This document shows positions 18,481 through 28,800 of a stretch of 64,000 nucleotides of DNA, one piece after another; the first letter of the stretch is position 1; each line of letters starts with the position of its first letter. This DNA is from a virus. Below the pieces are notes generated by a model that had not been told where the DNA came from, did not search any database, and saw only the letters and a list, made by a program, of their open reading frames with translations. The position numbers and the translations under genes were made by a program. Location: positions 1-64,000 of IMG/VR virus record IMGVR_UViG_3300032294_001352; one strand, written 5' to 3'.

Positions 18481-21417
18481 GTGGATGATCACGTCATGAG
18501 CAAACCGGAATCATTTGCGCCACCAATCGAAGTCAAGAACAACGCACGCAAAGCGTTGGAGTATCGCGCCAAACTGCCACCAAGTAAGCGTGGTATGACG
18601 GCTGTAGGGATTGCACGCGCACGGGATCTCTCCATTGGTCGTCCACAGTCACTTGACACCATTCAACGGATGGTATCTTTTTTTGCACGTCACGCAGTTG
18701 ACAAGCAGGCTGAGAATTGGGAAGTTGGCAGCAAAGGCTGGCAGGCTTGGATGGGATGGGGTGGTGATGCTGGTCGTCGATGGGCTGAGCGGATTCTCGC
18801 TACGGCCATGAAAGATGAATCCACCGTCAAGAAAGAAGCAACACCTGCGGCATCTGTGAATCCAACACCTGCTCCGTCACCAACTCCGACACCAAAGCCA
18901 ACCGATCCTACACCAACCAAACCTGCTGAACCTGAGGGTGGTATGGCGATTGGCCAACTCCGCGCCATTGCGGACAAGGCCACGCTACTGGCCAACCTGC
19001 TTACTCCAGAAAGCACGCTTGAACCGTGGGTGCTCTCGCTGATCAGCGTGGCTGAGTATCAGGTGGATGCAGTGTCCGATTACTTCAAGTATTCAGGTGC
19101 TGGCAGCCCAGCATCTCAAACATTGACTGCGGCAACGAACCAAGAAGCAAAGAAAGGGCTAGGTATGCAGAAGACATTGCGACCAGTGCCCAGTGACATC
19201 ATTGAAAAGTCACTGACTAGCACTATCACGAAGCGTCAAAAGACGTTTGGTGGTGAACAACGTGAGGATCTGCGTGATGATGATTTCGTCATTGCAGAGG
19301 AACGCAAGTTCCCTATCATGACTGCGGCAGATGTAAGTGATGCTGTCAGTTCATGGGGCCGATATGCAGGTGGGAAGAATGCACGGATCACATTTGACAC
19401 GTTCAAAGATCGCCTTACTGCTTTGGCCACGAAAAAAGGCTTTAAGGATGCACTTCCTGATACGTGGCTAGCAGAAATGGAGGAAGATGACGTGTCACCA
19501 GACAAAGAAGCGTTTGCGAAGTACTACTTCTTTAAGGCTGCCAATCCTGAGCAGCGAGTAGTCGTCGGCTACGCATCATCAGAGCGGATTGATGGCCAAA
19601 ATGACATTGTAGACTCAGAGGCCTTACAACAGGCACTTGATGACTACATGCAATGGGCCAACCTGCGTGAGATGCATCAGCCAAAGGCCGTGGGCAAAGT
19701 GTTGCAGGCCACCCCAGTCAAAGGAAAGATCCGCTTAAGCGATGGTACGGTGCTGGTGAATCCGCTCCGAATCATTGCAAAGATTGTGGATGAGGATGCG
19801 TGGCAAAAAGTCAAGTCAGGCATTCTCAAAGGCTTCTCGATTGGCGGCAAGGTGTTGAACTCTGTCACACAGAAAGTCAACGGTAAGGATGTTCGACGAA
19901 TCACCGGCCTCTCACTCAATGAGATCAGTCTGGTGGATCGTCCGGCCAATCCAGATGCGCGCATCGTCATGATGAAACGTGATAGCAGCATGACGCAGGA
20001 TGACGTGGCCAAGATGGTTAAAGGCGGCATGGTTGATGACTTAATCATGAAAGCCAAGATGGCCGATCCACAAGAAATCCTGCCTATGATTCAGCAACTC
20101 CGCAACCAAGCAGAAGTTGATGGCGATCTTGACACGGCTGAACGCTACAACGAAGTTATCACGCTCATGCTTGAAGCCATGGGGATTATTCCTACTGGCA
20201 CGGTGCGTGAGTTGGATGATATGGAGTCACCGGACATCCTAGACAACACTCCTGAGGATGACATGGATGCCATGGTGGACATGGAAGCGATTTACGGTGA
20301 GAGTGGTGAGGAAGAATCCAAGGCACTCAAACGTCGCAACACCATCATGTACGCTGACCAGCCTGACGATCTTTTGAAGATTGGCCGTGCTATCAGTAAG
20401 AGCAACATGGATACGCTCGCAGACATCCTCACTGCCGCCAACATCATCCGTACTCTGTGTGCCAAACTCGGTTTGGAACTGAAAGAAGAGGCTGATGAGA
20501 ATGAGGGTGGTGAGGAAGCGCATGAGCACAGTGAGGGTGAGGGTGCTATCGCCGTAGCCGTCAAGCCCATTGCCGCAGAAGTCACCACGGTAGAAGAGTC
20601 AATGACACCGACCATTCCAGCCAGCAAAGAGCAGGCCGTGTTGGATGCCATTGAAAACGCACCAAAGAAGATGATGCCAGGCAATAACACTGGATCACCT
20701 ATCCATACGCCAATGAATCCGAACGCGCCAGCCCAAAACGTGACTGGTGGCTATCCGATTCAACGGAACGCACAGAATGGCGATTTGCAAAAGCAGGATG
20801 CTGCTGATGCTGTCGATATAACCGGTTTAGAAAAGGAGATGCAATCAATGGAGCAGACCATTGAGAACGCACCTGTTCAACCTGCCGAGGAAACGCCTAT
20901 TGCCGCACCAGAGGAAACTGCAACCGAAAAGGCAGATACCCCACCGGCTATTGACGTATCAGCAGCGTTACAGGATGTCATCGCCAAGTCGCTACAAGGC
21001 GCATTGGCAGGCACGTTTGCCCAGTTGGACACCGTAGCCAAGGCCGTAGAGCGGATTGAGACGAAGAGCACTGAGTCAAATGCCGCACTCACCGAGTCAA
21101 TCGACGCCACCAAGAAGATGGTTGAACCACTGGTAGAAAAAGTGAGCGCACTTGAAGCCGTGGCAGCCGAAGTCAAAGCCTTGGGTGAGCGATTGCAGGC
21201 CATTGAGTCACAACCTGAGAGTGGTGGTCCGGTGTTGCGTGGCCAATCAGTGAACAAGGCCTTGGGTGTAGGTGGCAATAGCACTGAGGAACCACAAGAC
21301 GAAATCGGTACGCTCCAGAAGATGATTGATGATACGCACGATCCGTTGGTTCGCACCCGACTTCGTGAGCGATTGGCCCATCTGGAAACCAAGAAAGCCC
21401 TCTTTGGGCGCATTTAG
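18481..21417 (+). CDS. Prohead protease (XkdF/S78-like) fused to N-terminal accessory domains and a C-terminal scaffold
   Basis: GYASSERID...LREMHQ..AVGKV...LKGFSIGG...EISLVDRPANPDA; acidic coiled-coil C-terminus; immediately upstream of the capsid gene. Confidence 0.85.
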   Translation: MDDHVMSKPESFAPPIEVKNNARKALEYRAKLPPSKRGMTAVGIARARDLSIGRPQSLDTIQRMVSFFARHAVDKQAENWEVGSKGWQAWMGWGGDAGRRWAERILATAMKDESTVKKEATPAASVNPTPAPSPTPTPKPTDPTPTKPAEPEGGMAIGQLRAIADKATLLANLLTPESTLEPWVLSLISVAEYQVDAVSDYFKYSGAGSPASQTLTAATNQEAKKGLGMQKTLRPVPSDIIEKSLTSTITKRQKTFGGEQREDLRDDDFVIAEERKFPIMTAADVSDAVSSWGRYAGGKNARITFDTFKDRLTALATKKGFKDALPDTWLAEMEEDDVSPDKEAFAKYYFFKAANPEQRVVVGYASSERIDGQNDIVDSEALQQALDDYMQWANLREMHQPKAVGKVLQATPVKGKIRLSDGTVLVNPLRIIAKIVDEDAWQKVKSGILKGFSIGGKVLNSVTQKVNGKDVRRITGLSLNEISLVDRPANPDARIVMMKRDSSMTQDDVAKMVKGGMVDDLIMKAKMADPQEILPMIQQLRNQAEVDGDLDTAERYNEVITLMLEAMGIIPTGTVRELDDMESPDILDNTPEDDMDAMVDMEAIYGESGEEESKALKRRNTIMYADQPDDLLKIGRAISKSNMDTLADILTAANIIRTLCAKLGLELKEEADENEGGEEAHEHSEGEGAIAVAVKPIAAEVTTVEESMTPTIPASKEQAVLDAIENAPKKMMPGNNTGSPIHTPMNPNAPAQNVTGGYPIQRNAQNGDLQKQDAADAVDITGLEKEMQSMEQTIENAPVQPAEETPIAAPEETATEKADTPPAIDVSAALQDVIAKSLQGALAGTFAQLDTVAKAVERIETKSTESNAALTESIDATKKMVEPLVEKVSALEAVAAEVKALGERLQAIESQPESGGPVLRGQSVNKALGVGGNSTEEPQDEIGTLQKMIDDTHDPLVRTRLRERLAHLETKKALFGRI

Positions 21418-21433
21418 GAGGAAGTAGCACACA

Positions 21434-22927
21434 ATGGCAAACATCACTGAAGACACCCTTAATTTGATTAAGGCGGCACATGCCCAGCAGGGTGACAACA
21501 TCAGCAAGAGCATTACCACTGCCAATAATTTGGTGGCGTATGACTTGCAGGCACCGGCTAAGAATCTCTATCCGGTACAGACTCCTATCCGCAACACGTT
21601 GCCACGCACCGGTGGTATCGGTACGGCCACCAACTGGCGCACCGTGCGAAACATCATCGGTTCTGGCTTTGATGCCATGGGCTGGGTGCCGGAAGGCCAG
21701 CGCAGTGGTCGCATGTCGTACTTGACGCAATCACTCAGTGCATCGTATAAGACGATGGGTGAGGAAGATCAAGCAACGTACGAAGCCATTAGTGCTGGTC
21801 GTGGCTTCGAAGACATTCGCGCTCGCATGACCATGCGCTTGTTGCAGAAGTTGATGCTCAAAGAGGAAGCAGCCATCATTGGCGGCAACACTTCGGTTTC
21901 ATTGAGCGCTCCGGCTGCGCCAACCGTCAGTGCTGGTGCCTCAGGTGGTACCGTTGCTGCGGATAACTACTACGTCTGGTGTGTTGCGCTCACCTATGAG
22001 GGGTATCGCAACTCAAGCGTTGCCAGTGGCGTGGCCACGAGTCAGACCATCACCGGTGCTGACGGCCTCACCTACACGTTGAGTGGTGGTTCAAGTGCGG
22101 CATCAGCCATCTCATTGGTCCAAGCCATCACCCTTGGTCAGACGCTCCGTGCATCTGTTCCTGTGGTCAACGGTGCGATTGGCTATGCATGGTACGTGTC
22201 AAAGACCAACAACACGGCTGGTACTGCGTTCTTGCAGGCCATCACCACAATCAACTCAGTGGAGTTCACTGCACCAGTGGTTACGAGCGGCACGCAGTTG
22301 GTTACGGCTATCACGGCCAACAACTCAACCAACACCTTGGCCTTTGACGGCTTGATGTATCAGGCATTCAACACGTCAAGTGGTGCCTACGTGCAGCCAT
22401 TGGCCACCGGTACGGCCGGTACTGGCACTCCGTTGACGGCCAGTGGTCGTGGTTCAGTAGAAGAGATTGACGACATGTTGGTCACGATGTGGAACAACAA
22501 CCAGTTGTCACCCACCGTCATCTACTGTAACGCTCAGGAAATCCGCAACATCTCAAACAAGGTGTTGAGTGGCGGCACCAATGCTCCGTTGGTCCGTTAC
22601 AACCTGAACAATGAGCAATCAATGGCTATCGGTGCTAGCCCATTCATTGACTCATACTTCAATCCAATCACCAAGCAGCCATTGAAGGTGGAAGTGCATC
22701 CAAACGTTCCTCCTGGCACGATCTTGGCCTGGGCTGACAACTTGCCAGCACAGTATCAGTCAAGTGAAGTACCAAACGTGGCTGAAATCCGCGCACGTCA
22801 AGACTACTACCAGATTGACTGGCCTGTCACCAGCCGTCAACAACAGGTTGGCGTGTACGCTGAGGAAGTCTTGGTTGTCTACGCTCCGTTTGCGATTGGT
22901 ATCATCACCAACATCGCCAACGGTTAG
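21434..22927 (+). CDS. Major capsid protein (HK97 fold, with insertion domain)
   Basis: Position after protease-scaffold; AGGAGG RBS; YDLQAPAK.LYP..TP.RN.LPR and AFDGL motifs. Confidence 0.85.
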   Translation: MANITEDTLNLIKAAHAQQGDNISKSITTANNLVAYDLQAPAKNLYPVQTPIRNTLPRTGGIGTATNWRTVRNIIGSGFDAMGWVPEGQRSGRMSYLTQSLSASYKTMGEEDQATYEAISAGRGFEDIRARMTMRLLQKLMLKEEAAIIGGNTSVSLSAPAAPTVSAGASGGTVAADNYYVWCVALTYEGYRNSSVASGVATSQTITGADGLTYTLSGGSSAASAISLVQAITLGQTLRASVPVVNGAIGYAWYVSKTNNTAGTAFLQAITTINSVEFTAPVVTSGTQLVTAITANNSTNTLAFDGLMYQAFNTSSGAYVQPLATGTAGTGTPLTASGRGSVEEIDDMLVTMWNNNQLSPTVIYCNAQEIRNISNKVLSGGTNAPLVRYNLNNEQSMAIGASPFIDSYFNPITKQPLKVEVHPNVPPGTILAWADNLPAQYQSSEVPNVAEIRARQDYYQIDWPVTSRQQQVGVYAEEVLVVYAPFAIGIITNIANG

Positions 22928-22947
22928 TCACGAAAAGGGCGGCACCT

Positions 22948-23556
22948 ATGCCAATAGATTACACAACTGCTCAGTCAGTGTTTGACTATGGAAAGGTGCA
23001 AACGCCAACCGTTGCAGAAACAGCAGTAATGAGTGATATTATTACTGCTGTTTCTCGCAAGGCCGATAAAACGTGCGTGCAAAAACTTTCCTACACCACA
23101 TACACCAACTACATTCTGACACCACGCATTGATGTTGAGGGAACGATTATCATCTATCTTCCCTCACCTACCGTTGCCGCACTCACCAGTGTGACATTCC
23201 GAGTAGGCAACACTCCGCTCACGCAGCCAATCAACTTCATTCAGTCTGGTGTCCAGTACGACATTGTAGAAAACAGTTTTGGATCCAAAGTCACCATCTA
23301 CGGATACGCTACTGGTGGCTATCGTGAGCGTGTACTCCGTGCCTACGTCAGTTGGACAGGTGGCTGGGTGAATCTCAGTCAGGTACCGACTGACTTTCAG
23401 TTTGCTATGGATCGCTGGTGTTGGTTTGCGTTTAAGCAGCGTGAGGCACCATTTGATCGCACGGCCATTCCGGAGTTAGGTATCATCACCATTCCTGGTG
23501 CAATCCCAGGTGACGTGACTGACGTGCTGAATCGCTATACGTGGTACTATCGGTGA
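22948..23556 (+). CDS. Head-tail connector (gp6-like)
   Basis: Position after MCP; VSWTGGW...VP.D...IP.DV..VL..Y. Confidence 0.7.
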   Translation: MPIDYTTAQSVFDYGKVQTPTVAETAVMSDIITAVSRKADKTCVQKLSYTTYTNYILTPRIDVEGTIIIYLPSPTVAALTSVTFRVGNTPLTQPINFIQSGVQYDIVENSFGSKVTIYGYATGGYRERVLRAYVSWTGGWVNLSQVPTDFQFAMDRWCWFAFKQREAPFDRTAIPELGIITIPGAIPGDVTDVLNRYTWYYR

Positions 23557-23560
23557 ACCT

Positions 23561-24061
23561 ATGAGCATTGCAACGACAACACAGTATCTCATCAATCTAT
23601 TCAGCGCCATGACGCCTCAGCCAAATGTGGTCTACGATTTGCCAATGGAAGATGTCAGTGCCGCAGAATTCCCACTCGTACTCGTGACACTTGCTCCACA
23701 GGCCAATCACGTCTGGACACTAGAAGCCAGCAACTATGCACGCCACACGTACACGCTCTCCGTGTATGTATTCACTAGCCTCCGCAACTCAGGTGTCTAT
23801 CACGCCTATGAAGACATCTTGGATTGGCCAGAGGGATTGGCGACTGCACTCTTTCGTGATATGACGCTAGGCGGCAATGTTACATTTATAGGTGCTGGGG
23901 GGCAAATCTTTGACTACCGATATGGAGAAATCGTATGGGGAGAAAGTCGACTGTGGGGCCTCGTAATCAACCTGACAGTAGTGGAGAAAATCCCGTTACA
24001 GACGGGCCAGTATCCACCAGTGATACCAACACCACCACCTACGCCACCACCGACACCGTAA
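23561..24061 (+). CDS. Neck / tail terminator protein
   Basis: Position; D.TLGG.V motif. Confidence 0.6.
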   Translation: MSIATTTQYLINLFSAMTPQPNVVYDLPMEDVSAAEFPLVLVTLAPQANHVWTLEASNYARHTYTLSVYVFTSLRNSGVYHAYEDILDWPEGLATALFRDMTLGGNVTFIGAGGQIFDYRYGEIVWGESRLWGLVINLTVVEKIPLQTGQYPPVIPTPPPTPPPTP

Positions 24062-24327
24062 AGTACGTGGGGAATGGTCGGTTCTTGCTTGGTGTCCCTG
24101 CCGCAGACATGACGGTGGAACAGGCAAATCAGTATGGTGGGGCAGATGTATTGGTCAAGACAAAGTTGTATGTAATGGAGGAAGCACATGGCACTACCAT
24201 CATCGGCGGGAACACCAGGAATCAAGTCGCTGCAGAAGATTCAGATTGGTCTGGAAGCAGCGGGAGCGAACGGAACAGCAGTACCAGCGACGAAGATTCT
24301 TCGAGTACCTGGGGGGATGCTGAGTGA
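23935..24327 (+). CDS. Small virion-module protein overlapping both neighbours
   Basis: GGAG RBS; core KYVGNGRFLLGVPAADMT...KLY fills the 24061-24188 gap. Confidence 0.5.
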   Translation: MGRKSTVGPRNQPDSSGENPVTDGPVSTSDTNTTTYATTDTVKYVGNGRFLLGVPAADMTVEQANQYGGADVLVKTKLYVMEEAHGTTIIGGNTRNQVAAEDSDWSGSSGSERNSSTSDEDSSSTWGDAE

Positions 24328-25360
24328 CGATCGTCAAGTCACCATGGTTGATGAAATGGTCGGTATCATCAACGGTACGGATCGTTCGTACATTGCTGCT
24401 GCCCAAGGATCCATCAGTGTGGATAGCAGTCCACTGACTCCGCAACAGTTTCCTATCTTGCTTGCGGCATCACTTGGATTTGACTATGCCACTACACCAA
24501 CTGCGTACACGGAGGGTGAGCAGGAGGGAACTGGTACGGCCTATCGCTACAAAGTGACGATGCCTACCACGACCACGCCAAATGCAAGTATCACTGGCGC
24601 ATCAAACGTATCCTACACCTTTGAGGCTGGAGATAACTTTGAGGCTGAACAGATGACGTATGGCAAATGCACCAACGTGTCGGTGAGCGGCAGTAGTGGT
24701 GGTCCAATCTCCATGCAAGGATCGTTCATTGGCCAGTACGTGCGCTATCTCGGTGCATTCACTAGCCTATCCACCATTGATACCGTGGAAGATCTCATCT
24801 TTGCACGCTCACGCTTGTATTTGGCTGAACCAACTGGTCCAACGCCAACGTTCACGGCCGTGGATAGCACGTTCCTCGGCTTTGACGTAGGCATTGATTG
24901 TTCATGGGTGCCGAAGTTCACTGGCCAAGGCAACGCATCTGGTACGGTACCGACGTGGGAGTTTGCGTTGTTCACTAACTACTCCGTGAGCGGATCGTTC
25001 ACGTTGGAGCATAACCAGTGGACAAGCGGCACGGCCAATGGTTTGAAGACCAAGTGGCGCAATCAGGAAACACTCATCATGCGTATTGACTGTTGGGGCA
25101 GCAAGACTCCGCTCTTGACCACCACTGGCAGCACGTTCAACAATCCGATTGCTCCGTTTCAGCCCACTCCGTTGCTGACCAATCCTACCTATGCAGGTGT
25201 GCGCTTTGAGTTCCCCATCAAGATTCAACAGATTTCGCCGCTCTCAGACAATGATGGGAATGACATCGTTAGCGTGTCATGGGTAGCACGGTATAATAGT
25301 ACGTATGGCAGCACTGGATATATCCTGACCATCAGCGACTTGCCAGACTGCGTGAATTAG
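24188..25360 (+). CDS. Major tail tube protein
   Basis: KIQIGLE...GTAVPAT start, SYTFEAGD; position before the chaperone and tape measure genes. Confidence 0.75.
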   Translation: MALPSSAGTPGIKSLQKIQIGLEAAGANGTAVPATKILRVPGGMLSDDRQVTMVDEMVGIINGTDRSYIAAAQGSISVDSSPLTPQQFPILLAASLGFDYATTPTAYTEGEQEGTGTAYRYKVTMPTTTTPNASITGASNVSYTFEAGDNFEAEQMTYGKCTNVSVSGSSGGPISMQGSFIGQYVRYLGAFTSLSTIDTVEDLIFARSRLYLAEPTGPTPTFTAVDSTFLGFDVGIDCSWVPKFTGQGNASGTVPTWEFALFTNYSVSGSFTLEHNQWTSGTANGLKTKWRNQETLIMRIDCWGSKTPLLTTTGSTFNNPIAPFQPTPLLTNPTYAGVRFEFPIKIQQISPLSDNDGNDIVSVSWVARYNSTYGSTGYILTISDLPDCVN

Positions 25361-25386
25361 TATGAGTACCTGTAAGGGGGAAACCA

Positions 25387-25653
25387 ATGTTTGTTGAAGA
25401 CAATACCAACGATGCCGCACCAAAGAAAATCCAAGTAGACTTGAAGCGTCTGCGTCTGCGTGACATGACCATGCTTGAAAAGTTGCGTGACGGGAACACG
25501 GATTTTTCTGTCATGGTGCCAGTGTTTGCGCGCGTGTGCAACCTGACTGAGGATGAGGTGTGGGATTGGGATTTTGAAACGCTCATGACGGTGCAGCACC
25601 ACATGAACACTGCGATGGACGACGTGCTAAAAAAAACGAACGGCGGCAGTTAG
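25387..25653 (+). CDS. Tail assembly chaperone (G-like)
   Basis: Between tail tube and tape measure; ends at a slippery A8 tract. Confidence 0.75.
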   Translation: MFVEDNTNDAAPKKIQVDLKRLRLRDMTMLEKLRDGNTDFSVMVPVFARVCNLTEDEVWDWDFETLMTVQHHMNTAMDDVLKKTNGGS

Positions 25654-25871
25654 CGTTATACATCCAATACGACAACACCAAACTTCCCAACTGGGTAACG
25701 TTCTTGGAGTTGGCTGAGATGTGGCACGTACCACCATGGCAGTTAGAAGAAGCGGATGACCAAGGGCTTCTGATGCAATGGGCAGTACGTGCCTTTGCGT
25801 GGCGAGATGCCAAGAATAAGAGAGAGGATCGGATAGCAAATGGCCGAAGTATCAGTAAGCGTCATTGGTAA
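25629..25871 (+). CDS. -1 frameshift extension of the tail chaperone (GT-like)
   Basis: CTA AAA AAA A at 25627-25636; the -1 frame reads NERRQLALY...LAEMWHVPPWQLEE...W to TAA at 25871. Confidence 0.75.
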   Translation, partial: KKNERRQLALYIQYDNTKLPNWVTFLELAEMWHVPPWQLEEADDQGLLMQWAVRAFAWRDAKNKREDRIANGRSISKRHW

Positions 25872-28800
25872 AGACATGCTATCAGCATCGTTTGGTACGA
25901 TGCGCAACACGGTAGCAGGCCTATCCTCAGAGATTCTCTCACTGGGCAATCGCGCCGTGAGTCCAGTCACCATTGCGTTGGGCAACTTGCTCTCTGACGT
26001 GGTCAAGAATGGTGTCAACGCACTCAACAATCTCAAAGGCACCATTGAGTCGTTCAACTTCATTAAGTTGAATATGGAAATGGAAATGACACGATCCTCA
26101 TTCACCACGCTGCTTAAATCTGGTGATGAGGCGAACAAGATGTTGGAAACACTGCGGCAGTATGCGAACTTCACTCCGTTTGAGTTTGGCCAGTTGACGG
26201 CTGCCACCAAAAAGATGTTGGCCTTTGGATTTAGTGCCAAAGAAATCACCACGGATTTCATGGGAATCGGTACTGGATTGCTTGACGTGGTGGGAAATGC
26301 GTCATCCGCGCTTGGTGCTGGTCAAGAGGGTATTGATCGCATCACGCGTGCGCTTGGCCAGATGCGTGGTCTAGCGCGTGTGTCTGCTGAGGATATGAAC
26401 CAACTCATTGACGTGGGTGTCCAAGGCTACCAGATTCTTGCTGAGCAATTAGGCATGACGGTGAAAGAAGTCCGTGATGCCATGCAAAAGGGTGCGCTTG
26501 ATGCTGAAACCGGTATCAAAGCGTTGCTCCAAGGTATGATGCAGCAGTATGGAGGCGGCATGGCTTCATTCTCTCAGACGGCTGAGGGTATGTCATCCAC
26601 ACTCAATGACTACCTGAAAGACATTCAGCGCACGTTTGGTGAGGTGGCCTACAAAGAGTATCGACTGTTGCTTACGGAAATCAATCGCTTGGTGTCATCA
26701 CCAGCCTTTGTTAAGTTTGCAGCAATGCTCGGTGTGCAGTTCGGTGGTGCTATCAAACGGTTGAATGAACAGATCTTGATTCCGGCCATTGGGCGCATGA
26801 CGACGTTTGTGAATAAACTCGGTGAAACAGACGAGGCCATGCAAACGTTCTTCAACAACATATCAGCCAAGATCTATCCACTTGCTGCATTCTTCCGAGA
26901 GTTAGGTAACGCACTCAAAACCGTCATTGACATCTCAGCCCAGTTCATCCGTGCGCTGCTTGCTACCAGTGATGCACAACAAGCCATTCAGTGGATGGGC
27001 AGGCAGTTGGCCAAAGCCACGGAGGGATTGTTTGACTTCGCCAATGGTACGCGCGTATCTGGCGATGCAATGACCAACTTTGCAGAGCGTGTCGTTGCCG
27101 CACTTAAGCCAGGTGCAGTGGCTATCGTACGATTCACTCCGGTGCTCAAAGAGTTAATCATGATCCTGATGTCCATTGGCAAAGAGATGTTCCAACTCAA
27201 TGCCACGCAATCCATCATCCGGACCATCATTGACACCTACGTGAATCTGGCTGGTACGTTTGATAGCCTTGTGCCACGGCTACGCTCATTCCGTGAGGCC
27301 ATTCCGGCCATGACGCAGGATTTGATTGCGGCATTGGCACCAGCACGCAACACACTCAGTGGATTCATTGACGTGCTTGTCAGTTCTGGTCGGTTCATCA
27401 AAGTGTTCATCTCAGAGTTGCTTGGCCTGCGTCAGACAAAAGAAGCCATTGGCAGCATTCCGGAAGCACTCAACTCCTTTGCAGATGCACTCCGCAGCCT
27501 TGCCGCACGCATAGACACACTCACTGCACGACTACCAGGATTCTTTGACTACCTAGAAAACCTGCCCAATCTTATCCGATCCACCATCCAGAGCATGTTT
27601 CCACTCTCCAATCTGGTGGACCAGTTGAAGTCGTATCTGGCAGGCCTCGTAGATGAGGCAGTGCAGTTTGTCATCAAGTTTACGATCATTGGACGCGTCT
27701 TGAATACCGTCAATGAGGTGTTCAAGCGTGTATCTACGTCACTTGCTCCGTTTGTGCAGTTCCTGATGGATATGGTCCGTGCGTTGCTTCAAGCCATGGG
27801 CATTAGCACCAATGCTCGATCGTTCTTTGACTCACTCGCAGCCGGAGTAACAGCCGTACTCGCAGCCATTGCGCGTGCGTTACCGTCGTACAATCAGATG
27901 CTCACGGTGTTTCAAGCCATCGTCAATCTGGTGAAAGCAGCATTTCCGGTGGTGATTTCCATCATCCAAGAAGTGGTGGCCGTGATTGTGTCACTGGCGC
28001 GGCAAATCACTGGCCAACTGCCTGCCATCAAGCCGATTGTGATGGACATCATTGACATCATCAAGACGCTTGCCATGACCATCATTGGCCTCATTCCTCA
28101 GATTACTGGCATTGTGTCGCAGATCACGACGACCATCAAAAGCATCATCTCTGGTCTTGAACCGTTTGTTGGGCCTATTGCGGCAGTGGTGAGTAAAGTC
28201 ATCTCCTACATTCAAGACTTGGTGAGCATGGTGCTCAGCAACGCTGGGGCTATTGGAAACGTGGCCGGAACGATTCTGGGCACCGTTGGCCGTGTCATTG
28301 ACGAAGTGTTCACGTTGCTGCCTACCATCGGTTCTAACATTCAGTCACTACTTGGATCGCTCATGAACGTGGTTGATGCAGTGCTGCCATTCAAGAATCT
28401 GGTAGTACCAGCCATTGAAGCGTTTATCCGTGTTATGGCCATTATGAGTGGTGGTGCGATTGTTGGTACACTGGCCGTCTTTGCGTCGCTTGGCCACCAT
28501 CTTGACACCATCCGTAAAGCCTTTGACATGCTAGTGAGTGCGGCAGCCGAAGCCATATCTATCATGTCTAATTTTAGTGCTGCACTTGCACCCACCGTGG
28601 CCGGATTATTGCCATCACTTCAAAACGTGATTCAGTTTGCATTAGAGTTTGCCAAAGTGTTCGGTGATAATCTGATTCCCGTGATTAACATTCTGGCGCA
28701 AACACTCACTCCGGTGCTTGACGCAGTCATTCGATTTGGTCGCGCGTTACTTCCTTTGACCAAAGCACTGTCAGAAGTGACGGTAGCAATCATCAAGTTT

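Noticed and set aside
25627-25871. Programmed -1 frameshift as a novelty
   Set aside because: It is the standard tail chaperone G/GT arrangement, so it is listed as a feature only.
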